From positions 2,208,001-2,272,000 of the forward strand of contig CAWGHO010000002.1 of the NCBI GenBank assembly GCA_963822445.1: a stretch of DNA of 64,000 nt, in the 5' to 3' direction. Below, piece by piece: positions 51,517-61,313 of this stretch; position 1 is the stretch's first letter; each line of letters begins with the position of its first letter. Made by a program: the position numbers and the translations under genes. Under the pieces are notes generated by a model that saw only the letters and a list, made by a program, of their open reading frames with translations, searched no databases and was not told the origin of the DNA. The DNA comes from an uncultured Acidobacteriota bacterium. Lineage in GTDB: Bacteria; Acidobacteriota; Thermoanaerobaculia; Gp7-AA8.

Positions 51517-53265
51517 ATGTCGATCACTCCGCTCTCGTCGATCTCGCTGGCCTTCGACTACGACGTCGTGGCCGCGCGCCGGCGCGCCCGGCAGATCGCG
51601 GCGCTCCTCCGTTTCGACGATCAGGATCAGACGCGCATCGCCACGGTCGCGTCGGAGCTCGCGCGGAACGCCCTTCGTTACAGCAGCGGGGGACGCATCG
51701 AGTTCGCGGTCGATCATCGCAGCGACGCGCAGTCACTGATGATCACCGTTTCCGATCGCGGGCCGGGCATCGCGAATCTCGACGAAGTGCTGAGCGGCAA
51801 CTATCACTCCGACACCGGAATGGGAATCGGCCTCCTCGGCGCCCGCCGCCTGATGGACGACTTCGACGTGCGCACCGCCGCCGGCAGCGGAACGACGGTC
51901 GTCGTCAAGAAGCGCCTTCCCGCGAGCGCGAAGCCGCTGACTTCGCGGGCACTGGCGGGCCTGGTCGACGAGCTCGCGCAGCAAAAGCCGGAGAGTCCGC
52001 TCGAGGAGATTCAGCAGCAGAACGCCGAGCTTCTCCGCGCGCTCGCTCAGCTCAACGAGCGGCAGGAACAACTGGAGCGGCTGAACCAGGAGCTCGAGGA
52101 CACGAACCGCGGCGTGCTCGCCCTGTACGCCGAGCTCGATGAAAAAGCGGAATCGCTGCGGCGCTCCGACCAGGTCAAGTCGCGGTTCCTCTCCGACATG
52201 AGCCACGAGTTCCGCACGCCGGTGAACTCGATCCTTGCCCTCACGCGCCTGCTCGACGACAACGTCAGCACCGATGACGCGCGCAAACAGGTCTCGCTCA
52301 TCCGCCGCGCCGCGGAAGACCTGGAGAGCCTGGTCAGCGACCTGCTCGATCTCGCCAAAATCGAGGCGGGCAAGATCGACATCCGGCCCGCGGAGTTCGA
52401 GGTGGCCACGCTTTTCAGCGCGGTCCGGGGCATGCTCCGCCCGCTGCTGCTGAATCGGTCGCTGTCGATGGTCTTCGAAGAGCCGGAAGAGCTGGTGATG
52501 TACACCGACGAGGGGAAGGTCTCGCAGATCCTGCGGAACTTCATCTCGAACGCGCTGAAGTACACGGAGTCCGGCGAGATTCGCGTGACCGCGCAGGTGA
52601 AGCCGGATGGAACGAACGTGCGTTTCTGCGTCTCCGATACGGGCATCGGCATCGAGCCGGCGGATCAGGAACGGATCTTCGAGGAGTTCACCCAGATCGA
52701 CAATCCGCTGCAGACGAAATCAAAAGGCACGGGACTCGGACTGCCGCTCACGCGCAAGCTGGCGTCACTCCTCGGCGGCACGGTCGGCGTGAAGAGCACG
52801 CCGCGCGTCGGCTCGACGTTCTGGGCGGAGATTCCGATCCGGTACGCGAAGCTCGACAAGGTTGCGGCGCCCGCGGCGGTGATCGACGAGAACGCAACGC
52901 TGCGCATCCTCGTCGTCGACGACGATGAGACCGCGCGCTACGCCGTGTCGAGCTTCGCTGCGCGGCCGGGCACGAGCATCATCGAGGCGGAGAACGGGCT
53001 GGTCGGGATCTCCCGCGCCCAGAACGACCATCCGGACATCATCCTGCTCGACCTGATGATGCCCGGCGTCGGCGGCCACGAAGTTCTGCAGCGGCTGAAG
53101 AGCGATCCGATGACCGCGTCGATTCCGGTCATCGTCATCACCTCGCGTTTCGTGAACGACGCCGAACGGAAGCAGATCCTGTCGAAGGCCGCGACCGTGA
53201 TCTACAAGGGCGATCTTTCGCGCGAAACGGTGATCACGGCGATCGACGCCGCGCTGTCAGCGTGA
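51517..53265 (+). CDS. Hybrid histidine kinase (RsbT-like, HisKA, HATPase, REC)
   Basis: SELARNA, MSHEFRTP, GTGLGL, LVVDDD, LLDLMMP. Confidence 0.92.
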   Translation: MSITPLSSISLAFDYDVVAARRRARQIAALLRFDDQDQTRIATVASELARNALRYSSGGRIEFAVDHRSDAQSLMITVSDRGPGIANLDEVLSGNYHSDTGMGIGLLGARRLMDDFDVRTAAGSGTTVVVKKRLPASAKPLTSRALAGLVDELAQQKPESPLEEIQQQNAELLRALAQLNERQEQLERLNQELEDTNRGVLALYAELDEKAESLRRSDQVKSRFLSDMSHEFRTPVNSILALTRLLDDNVSTDDARKQVSLIRRAAEDLESLVSDLLDLAKIEAGKIDIRPAEFEVATLFSAVRGMLRPLLLNRSLSMVFEEPEELVMYTDEGKVSQILRNFISNALKYTESGEIRVTAQVKPDGTNVRFCVSDTGIGIEPADQERIFEEFTQIDNPLQTKSKGTGLGLPLTRKLASLLGGTVGVKSTPRVGSTFWAEIPIRYAKLDKVAAPAAVIDENATLRILVVDDDETARYAVSSFAARPGTSIIEAENGLVGISRAQNDHPDIILLDLMMPGVGGHEVLQRLKSDPMTASIPVIVITSRFVNDAERKQILSKAATVIYKGDLSRETVITAIDAALSA

Positions 53266-54069
53266 GCGGATCATCTCCAGCTGCCGCACGAACCGCGTCG
53301 CGCCCACACGCTCCAGAAACGCGGCGATGCCTTCATCGCGCTCGTCGACGTTCATGATCCGCAACGGCTTCCCGGCCACGCTCGCCGCCTGATCGAGCAG
53401 CCGCATGCCGATCCCCCGACGCCGCGCCTCCCGCCGAACCGCGAGCTGGGCCAGATCGCCGGTCGCGGGGAAGACGATCGCGTACCCGTCCTCGTCGCCG
53501 AGGAGGACGTAGGGGTCGGCGGCGCGGGCGATGGACGATGTGGTGTTTTGCCAGGAGGGGGAAACGTCCCAGAAAAGGCTCAGAGGCTCAAGGGCGCAAA
53601 GGCTCAAAGGATCATTCGCATTGCTTTGAGCCTCTGCGCCTTTGAGCCCTTGAGCCTCGTACTTCCAGCATTGCAGTCCTCGCGACATTCGAAAGCCGAG
53701 GGCCCGATACAACTCCGCCGCCCGCCCGTTCCCCTCGAGAACTTCCAGCGTGTAGGTCGTGCAGTCACGGAGCAGATCGAAGGACCGTTCCATCATCTGG
53801 CGGGCGAGGCCGCGGCGGCGGTGGGTGGGGATGACGCCGGTGCCGGTGTCGTAGGCGCGATCGCCTTCGATCGCATTGAGCGTGAACGCCACGATGCGCT
53901 CGTCCTCGAACGCTGCGATCGACGCTTCCGGGACCCAGCCGCGGCGGCGCATCATCTCGGCGAGTTGCTCGCGGGTCAGGCTGAGGGGAACGAGGTAGTC
54001 GCTGAAGGCCGCGTTGAAGGCGTCGTGAACGGCGTCGAAATCATCGGCCGTCAGCGGGCGGATCACCAT
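53257..54069 (-). CDS. Tandem GNAT acetyltransferase
   Basis: HRRRGLA and ARRRGIG acetyl-CoA motifs. Confidence 0.85.
   Translation of the reverse strand: MVIRPLTADDFDAVHDAFNAAFSDYLVPLSLTREQLAEMMRRRGWVPEASIAAFEDERIVAFTLNAIEGDRAYDTGTGVIPTHRRRGLARQMMERSFDLLRDCTTYTLEVLEGNGRAAELYRALGFRMSRGLQCWKYEAQGLKGAEAQSNANDPLSLCALEPLSLFWDVSPSWQNTTSSIARAADPYVLLGDEDGYAIVFPATGDLAQLAVRREARRRGIGMRLLDQAASVAGKPLRIMNVDERDEGIAAFLERVGATRFVRQLEMIRSR
53576..53657. repeat. Inverted octamer array (AGGCTCAA) in frame within the GNAT gene
   Basis: 4 units, 13-nt spacer, 4 inverted units. Confidence 0.8.
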
Positions 54070-54593
54070 CCCATGCGTTCGCGCAGCGACGTGATGTGGC
54101 CGACGTGATGCTTGCCGTGCCACGCGTACATCGCCACGAGCCAGTCCAGCGTGGGCGTTCCTTCGTGCTCGGGATGGCGCAGGGTGCGGCGGAAGTCTTC
54201 CGGCTTCATCGAGCGGAAGAGCGTCATCCAGCGGGAGTGCAATGATTCGAGGAGAGTCAGCGAGACTTCGATCGGCGTGAGGCGCGAGTCCTCGAGCTTC
54301 GCCCAGGTCGACTCGTCGTACGGCCGGATGGTCGGCACATCCTCGGTCAGCGCGAGCTTGAGCCGGCAGTAGGCGTTGAGATGGCTGTCGGGGACGTGAT
54401 GGACGACCTGGCGCAACGTCCAGCCGCCATCGCGATACGGCGTGTCGAGTTGCTCTTCGCTCAGGCCGGCGACCGCGGCGCGCATTTTCGCGGGCGTCGC
54501 GGCGATGTCGTCCAGCATCGCCCGTCGTTCATCCGCGGAAAGCTCGTCGCGGCGCTGGAAAGGACCGATCGGATAGCGCGGGTCATTGCTCAT
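54063..54593 (-). CDS. YfiT/DinB-family bacillithiol transferase-like protein
   Basis: RYPIG, TPYRDGGWT, VHHVPDSH, YAWHGKHH. Confidence 0.9.
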   Translation of the reverse strand: MSNDPRYPIGPFQRRDELSADERRAMLDDIAATPAKMRAAVAGLSEEQLDTPYRDGGWTLRQVVHHVPDSHLNAYCRLKLALTEDVPTIRPYDESTWAKLEDSRLTPIEVSLTLLESLHSRWMTLFRSMKPEDFRRTLRHPEHEGTPTLDWLVAMYAWHGKHHVGHITSLRERMGW

Positions 54594-54617
54594 GACCCGC
54601 GATTGTAGATCGACGTC

Positions 54618-55121
54618 TTACGAGAGCGCTCGCAGGGCGGTGGCGTAATACTTCTTGATCGTCGCCACGTATTCGACGGCTTCCTCGGTCGCGTTCGGAC
54701 CGGCCTTCGCGACGAGCGTCGAGCCGGCGTTGTACGCGGCGAGGGCCATGGTCAGATCGCCGTTGAAGCGATCGAGCTGCTTCCGCAGGTACTTCGCGCC
54801 GCCGAAGATGTTCTGGCGGGGATCGAAGGAGTCGGTCACGCCCAGCGACCGAGCCGTCTTCGGCTTGAGCTGCATGATGCCCTCGGCGCCGATGCGCGAG
54901 ACCGCGCGCGGGTTGTAACGCGACTCCTTGAACGCCTGCGCGGCGAGGAGATTCGGATCGATGTCGTAGAGCTTGCCGGCATCGATGAAGTACTGGACGT
55001 ACTCCTGCGGAACCGGACGCGGCATTGCGTGGGAAGCGAGCTGGTGATTCGCGTGGTGCGCGAACGCCGGAACGGCCGAGGCAGCCAGGAGCACGATGAA
55101 AGCAAAAACGCGAGTCTTCAC
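54618..55121 (-). CDS. Secreted SLT-family lytic transglycosylase
   Basis: KES, GAEGIMQL, LAAYNAG. Confidence 0.9.
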   Translation of the reverse strand: MKTRVFAFIVLLAASAVPAFAHHANHQLASHAMPRPVPQEYVQYFIDAGKLYDIDPNLLAAQAFKESRYNPRAVSRIGAEGIMQLKPKTARSLGVTDSFDPRQNIFGGAKYLRKQLDRFNGDLTMALAAYNAGSTLVAKAGPNATEEAVEYVATIKKYYATALRALS

Positions 55122-55303
55122 GAGGTGCCTTTCCGGTCAGCGGAACGACCCCCGCGAACGACTCGCGTGGGACCACGTTCGGTAGCTCAGCCGTCTGCCA
55201 AATTGCTAACAGACCCGTTCGCTTTGCGCCCTCCCGTCGCCGGGAGTTTGCCTTTGTCGCGTGACCTTGTTTCTTTGCGCTTACAACGAATGGCTACAAA
55301 TAA

Positions 55304-55492
55304 CTAATCCCAGTCGCGCCCGGCTTCCTTGCTGCCCAGGTCATCGCGATCTTCAGGCTTCTCCGCGCCGAAGCTCTTCCCGCCCGACTTCCCCGCGCCC
55401 ATGTTTCCGCCGCTGTCGTGTTTGCGCTCAGGCTCAGCCGGAGTGTTGCTCGAAGCCGCGTCGTCGCCACCGCGATTGTTCTGATTGGACAT
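55304..55492 (-). CDS. Small hydrophilic hypothetical protein
   Basis: GGAGGA RBS; low-complexity composition. Confidence 0.6.
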   Translation of the reverse strand: MSNQNNRGGDDAASSNTPAEPERKHDSGGNMGAGKSGGKSFGAEKPEDRDDLGSKEAGRDWD

Positions 55493-55547
55493 GTGTGGTT
55501 CCTCCGGGAGGGAGAAAGGGCAAGGGGTGGGCCAGGACGGTCGCGAT

Positions 55548-55802
55548 TCAGGCGAGATGCTGCCCCAGCTCGATGAAGACGATCTCGTGCGCACACGCGA
55601 CCTTTTCCAGCTCCGCGAGCGACAACGCCGCGGTGGCGATGTCACCAGCCACGTTTCCCAGGCGCACGCCGCGTTGCCGCAATGTCTCCGCGTCGCCGGT
55701 GAATCGAATGAGAACGCGCAGCGAATGCTGCGCGCGCTCCGGCTCCGGGACGCGTTGCCACAGCGCCCGGAGCCGGTGATCGACTTTGTCCTGCCAGCTC
55801 AA
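55548..55802 (-). CDS. Stand-alone subtilase propeptide-like protein
   Basis: Similar to the N-terminus of the adjacent S8 protease; start overlaps its stop. Confidence 0.7.
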   Translation of the reverse strand: MSWQDKVDHRLRALWQRVPEPERAQHSLRVLIRFTGDAETLRQRGVRLGNVAGDIATAALSLAELEKVACAHEIVFIELGQHLA

Positions 55803-58800
55803 CGTTTGCGCCGTTTCACTCCCTTGCGCAGCTCGAGACTCACGCCGCCGATGAGCTGTCCGCCCGAGTATTGCGCGATGTGGACGAAGCGGCGATTCTT
55901 CGCCGTCTTCTTCTCACCCGTCACCCGGATCCTGGCCGCCATCCGCACGCCGTCGGCCAGACGAACGGTCGGCACCTGCAGCTGACGCGCGTCGCCCATG
56001 GTGATGGTCGCCACGCCGTCGCGCAGCTCGAGGAATTCGGCACCGGCGATGTCCGTCAAGGTCCGGATGCGCTGCTCTCCTTCGAGCTTCGCTTCGATGC
56101 GCGCAATCGGATCCGTGTCCTTGCAGCCGTACGGCGCGCGACGGCCCTCGTTCTTCTCGATGAACTTGATGTCGCGCCACGGCAGCACCTGCGCCGGCAG
56201 AACCAGCGTCACCCGCGCCGCGCCGAGCTCCGGCGTCACGATCAGGCTGTCCTGATCCGACGAGCCCACGACGTAGAAGCTCATGTCGCTGTCGCCCGGG
56301 TCGTCGGGCTGCACGTGGACATTGTGCAGACCGATGTTGTTCCGCGCGGAGATGGCAGTCCATCCGCCGGCCCCGATGTTCGACGGATCGCCTTCGTTCT
56401 CCAGGCGCACCAGCAGGCAGAAGTGGTCGTCGCCGGCGATGTTCGAGCCGGGAGGCGGCGGCGCCCACGCGAAATCGACGCTCGTGCTCGCGCCGGCATT
56501 CAGTTCCGGGATCACGATCATGTTCGACTGGTTCACGAACGCCGGCGTGTCGTTGTAGATCCCGGTCGTGTTCCACGCCGCGGGATACGGGATGTTGGTC
56601 GAGGGATCGGCCCAGTAGAAATGCACCTCGGTATTTCGCGCTTTGAGCGTCCCGCGATTCCGCACCGTGATCCTGATGATGTTGTTGAACCGCTTGACCG
56701 GATCGAACGTTGGATTCGGCACCGGATTGCCGTCCGTGTCGAGGACCTCGATGTCGGGACTCAGCCAGGCGATGCCGGTGCTCGGCTCGACGCCGAGGTC
56801 TCCCACGTTGTCGCGGAGCCAGACGTCGGGACCGACAGCAGCCGCCGTGCAGCCGTTCGCGATCTGAACGAAGCCGAAGCCGAAGGCGTTGCTCGGGATG
56901 GCCAGACCGGTCGTGCCGGCCGTGTCTTCGAGAATCTGTTTCAGGTTGGCCCACGTGGTAGCCGCGCCGCGGCACTGGAACAGGCACGCGCACGCGCCGG
57001 CAACGATCGGCGAGGACATGCTGGTGCCGCTCATCCCCGTGTACAGCGCGCCCGGCACCGCGGCGTTCATGTTTCGCGAGCGCGGGGCGCTGACGTTGGT
57101 GCCCACCGCCGCGATCTCCGGTTTGATCCGGCGGTCGCGCGTCGGCCCGCGGCCGCTGCTGCCCGAGATCGCAGGCGTCCCCGCCGTCTTGTCGTGATTG
57201 CCGACGGTGATCGCCCGCTTCGCCGTTCCGGGACTGCCGACGGTGAGCGTGTCTTCCTGGAGGAACGGTGCGAGGAACCCCGATTCGCCGCGGTTGTTGC
57301 GATCGACCCAGGCCTGGAACGCCCCGTTGATCACCGTCGTGCCGGTCAGATCGATGGCGTGATTCCCGACCGGAATCTGCTGCCCGCCCGGTACGGTGTA
57401 GATGATGGTGATGAGGTTGTCGCCGTTGCGCGGATCGTTCAGCGTCGACGTCACCTGCACGTTCACGCCGCTCGCCAGCAGGGCGTTCGACGCACCGCCG
57501 GGGTTGACCGGACCGATGACCGTGGCCGGAACGGTCGGAACGGTCACCGTCACGTCGAACCGGTCGTGACCGTCGTACCAGATCTCGACGATGTCGCTCC
57601 GGTCCGGTGTTCCGAAGTAGTTCAGCACCAGGTTCGCCGTGCCGCCGGCCGGCACATTCCCTGCCGCATGGGAAGCTGTGTTGTTCGAGTTGCCGGCGGA
57701 GGTGACGATGGCGCGGCCGGGTGTGAGCAGCAGGTTGTCCATGAACTGCTCGCCGAGGAGGGTGCCGTCGTGCGGACCCTGGTTGTCGCCGACGCTCAGG
57801 TTGATCACGCAGGGCTGACCGAGGGCGGCGGCGCGCGCGAAGATGTACGCGCAGCCGTCCACATTCGACGCGATGTCCGCGGCCGCGGACACGCCGGAAC
57901 CAGTGTTCTTCACGAAGATGATGTCCGCCGCCGGAGCCGCTCCGGTGAACGTACCGGCCTGTCCCAGTCCATTGCCCGCCGCGATTCCGGTCACGTGCGT
58001 CCCGTGCTCGGCCGTTGTGCCGCCATGGCGGACGACGTCGTACGCCGGTGCGGGGTTCGTCAGTTCCGCGTCGATGTTGGCCTGGCTGTACTCGACGCCG
58101 TACGTCACGCCGCCGGCGGGGATGAACCCCAGCAGGACCGGATCGATCGGCGGACCGGCTTCCCCGGCGTTCGCGATGAGGGTCTGGTCCCACAGAAAAA
58201 GAACGCGGGTTGCGTTCGCAGCGGTGCGGAAGTCGGGATGGTAGATGTCGAGAAGACTGTCGACGACGCCGACGATCACGCCCGCGCCGTTGATCGCGGT
58301 CGGCATCGCGTTGTGGAGCGTGTCGACCTGCGCGTACGGGACCGCCTCGTCGAGCGTCGGAAATGCCGGCCGGGTCAGCTCGATGAAGCGCACCGCCGCC
58401 GATGCTTCCAGCTTCGGAATTGCAGACAGCGGCACGAACGCGGTGAAGACGTCGCCGGCCTGGCTGCGCACCTGCGCGCCCAGCTTCTTCAGGTCCGGCG
58501 CGCTGGCGTCCGAGAGGATGAACACGGACGCGAACGGCTCGCGCATCCGGAACGGCCACGGCTTTTTCTGAGTGTCATCGGGGAAGAAGAGACCGGTGGT
58601 GATCGGCGCGAAGATCTCGCGATCGAGCTCACGCAGGCGCTTGATCGCCGCCGGCCGCCCGCGCTCGTCGCCCAGCGCCTCCACCGCGACCCGGATCTCG
58701 CGCGCTACCTTCCCGGCCTGCTCGTCTTCCTCATCCTTCAATTTCCGCCGGGACTTCTCCGGCAGTTCGAGTAGAAACGCCAGCCTCGGATCGAGCTTCG

Positions 58801-58834
58801 GCCGCACCGCACGCACTTTCGTTCTTGTTGCCAT
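55799..58834 (-). CDS. S8 subtilase (Csp-like, with inserted domain)
   Basis: VGVVDS, HGTHVTGIAAG, SAGNS, SGTSMSSP. Confidence 0.92.
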   Translation of the reverse strand: MATRTKVRAVRPKLDPRLAFLLELPEKSRRKLKDEEDEQAGKVAREIRVAVEALGDERGRPAAIKRLRELDREIFAPITTGLFFPDDTQKKPWPFRMREPFASVFILSDASAPDLKKLGAQVRSQAGDVFTAFVPLSAIPKLEASAAVRFIELTRPAFPTLDEAVPYAQVDTLHNAMPTAINGAGVIVGVVDSLLDIYHPDFRTAANATRVLFLWDQTLIANAGEAGPPIDPVLLGFIPAGGVTYGVEYSQANIDAELTNPAPAYDVVRHGGTTAEHGTHVTGIAAGNGLGQAGTFTGAAPAADIIFVKNTGSGVSAAADIASNVDGCAYIFARAAALGQPCVINLSVGDNQGPHDGTLLGEQFMDNLLLTPGRAIVTSAGNSNNTASHAAGNVPAGGTANLVLNYFGTPDRSDIVEIWYDGHDRFDVTVTVPTVPATVIGPVNPGGASNALLASGVNVQVTSTLNDPRNGDNLITIIYTVPGGQQIPVGNHAIDLTGTTVINGAFQAWVDRNNRGESGFLAPFLQEDTLTVGSPGTAKRAITVGNHDKTAGTPAISGSSGRGPTRDRRIKPEIAAVGTNVSAPRSRNMNAAVPGALYTGMSGTSMSSPIVAGACACLFQCRGAATTWANLKQILEDTAGTTGLAIPSNAFGFGFVQIANGCTAAAVGPDVWLRDNVGDLGVEPSTGIAWLSPDIEVLDTDGNPVPNPTFDPVKRFNNIIRITVRNRGTLKARNTEVHFYWADPSTNIPYPAAWNTTGIYNDTPAFVNQSNMIVIPELNAGASTSVDFAWAPPPPGSNIAGDDHFCLLVRLENEGDPSNIGAGGWTAISARNNIGLHNVHVQPDDPGDSDMSFYVVGSSDQDSLIVTPELGAARVTLVLPAQVLPWRDIKFIEKNEGRRAPYGCKDTDPIARIEAKLEGEQRIRTLTDIAGAEFLELRDGVATITMGDARQLQVPTVRLADGVRMAARIRVTGEKKTAKNRRFVHIAQYSGGQLIGGVSLELRKGVKRRKR

Positions 58835-58906
58835 GTTGGGCCCCCCAGAACTCGATAGTGACGAATGCTCCTCCAGCGTTTCACCGGGAGCGACGGCCTC
58901 TCGCGC

Positions 58907-59776
58907 CTACAACCTGACGATCCCGTTGTACGTCTCCGGCCGGCGATCTCTGAAGAACTGCCAGGTGTTGCGGACCTCGCGGATCTTGTCGAGGTCGAGC
59001 TCGGCGGTGACGAGGGCGTCCTGGTCCCGCGCGCCGATGCTCACGATCTGGCCGCGGGGGTCGCAGAAGTAGCTCTGGCCGTAGAACTCGCCGATGTTCC
59101 AGGGCGCTTCGACGCCGACGCGGTTGATGGCGCCGACGAAGTAGCCGTTGGCGACGGCGTGCGCGGGCTGCTCGAGCTTCCACAGATATTCGGAGAGGCC
59201 GGCCACGGTTGCCGAGGGATTGAAGACGATCTCCGCGCCGGCGAGGCCGAGCTCGCGGGCGCCTTCCGGGAAGTGGCGGTCGTAGCAGATGTAGACGCCG
59301 ACCTTGCCGTACTTCGTGTCGAAGACCGGGTATCCGAGGTTGCCCGGGCGGAAGTAGAACTTCTCCCAGAAGCCGGGGGCCACGTGGGGGATGTGGTTCT
59401 TGCGGTACTTGCCGAGGTAGGTGCCGTCGGCGTCGATGACCGCGGCGGTGTTGTAGTAGATGCCGGTCTCTTCTTCCTCGTAGATCGGCACGACGATGAC
59501 CATGTTGTAGCGCTTGGCGTACTCCTGCATCAGCTTGGTGGTCGGGCCGTCCGGAATCTTCTCGACGGAGTCGTACCAGCGCGTGTTCTGCTCGGCGCAA
59601 AAGTACGGGCCGGTGAAGATCTCCTGCATGCAGAGCATCTGCACGCCTTCCTGCCCGGCCTGATCGATGTACTTGAGGGTGCGCTCGATCTGCGCATTGC
59701 GGATGGTTTCCAGCGACTCGCTGACGTCGCAGGCGAGGGCAGTCTGAATGAGACCGGCTTTCACGATTCGGGACAT
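58907..59776 (-). CDS. Nitrilase-family beta-ureidopropionase
   Basis: QEIF, YRKNHIP, WEKFYF, ICYDRHFPE. Confidence 0.88.
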   Translation of the reverse strand: MSRIVKAGLIQTALACDVSESLETIRNAQIERTLKYIDQAGQEGVQMLCMQEIFTGPYFCAEQNTRWYDSVEKIPDGPTTKLMQEYAKRYNMVIVVPIYEEEETGIYYNTAAVIDADGTYLGKYRKNHIPHVAPGFWEKFYFRPGNLGYPVFDTKYGKVGVYICYDRHFPEGARELGLAGAEIVFNPSATVAGLSEYLWKLEQPAHAVANGYFVGAINRVGVEAPWNIGEFYGQSYFCDPRGQIVSIGARDQDALVTAELDLDKIREVRNTWQFFRDRRPETYNGIVRL

Positions 59777-59826
59777 GGGTTTTCTCCTGTCGGGGGATTG
59801 GGGCGGTTAGCGTACAGCAAAGATTC

Positions 59827-59902
59827 GTTTCGGGGTTACGGGGTTACGAGGTTTCGGGGTCGAAACTCTTCCTCGTAACCCCGTGACCCCGTAACCTCGT
59901 AA

Positions 59903-59903
<1 letters not shown>
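59827..59903. repeat. Inverted array of 8-bp tandem repeats (GTTACGRG)
   Basis: Same unit and layout as 48769-48844. Confidence 0.85.
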
Positions 59904-61288
<1,385 letters not shown>

Positions 61289-61313
61289 ATGAGCGCGCAT
61301 TCTAAACCCGCGT

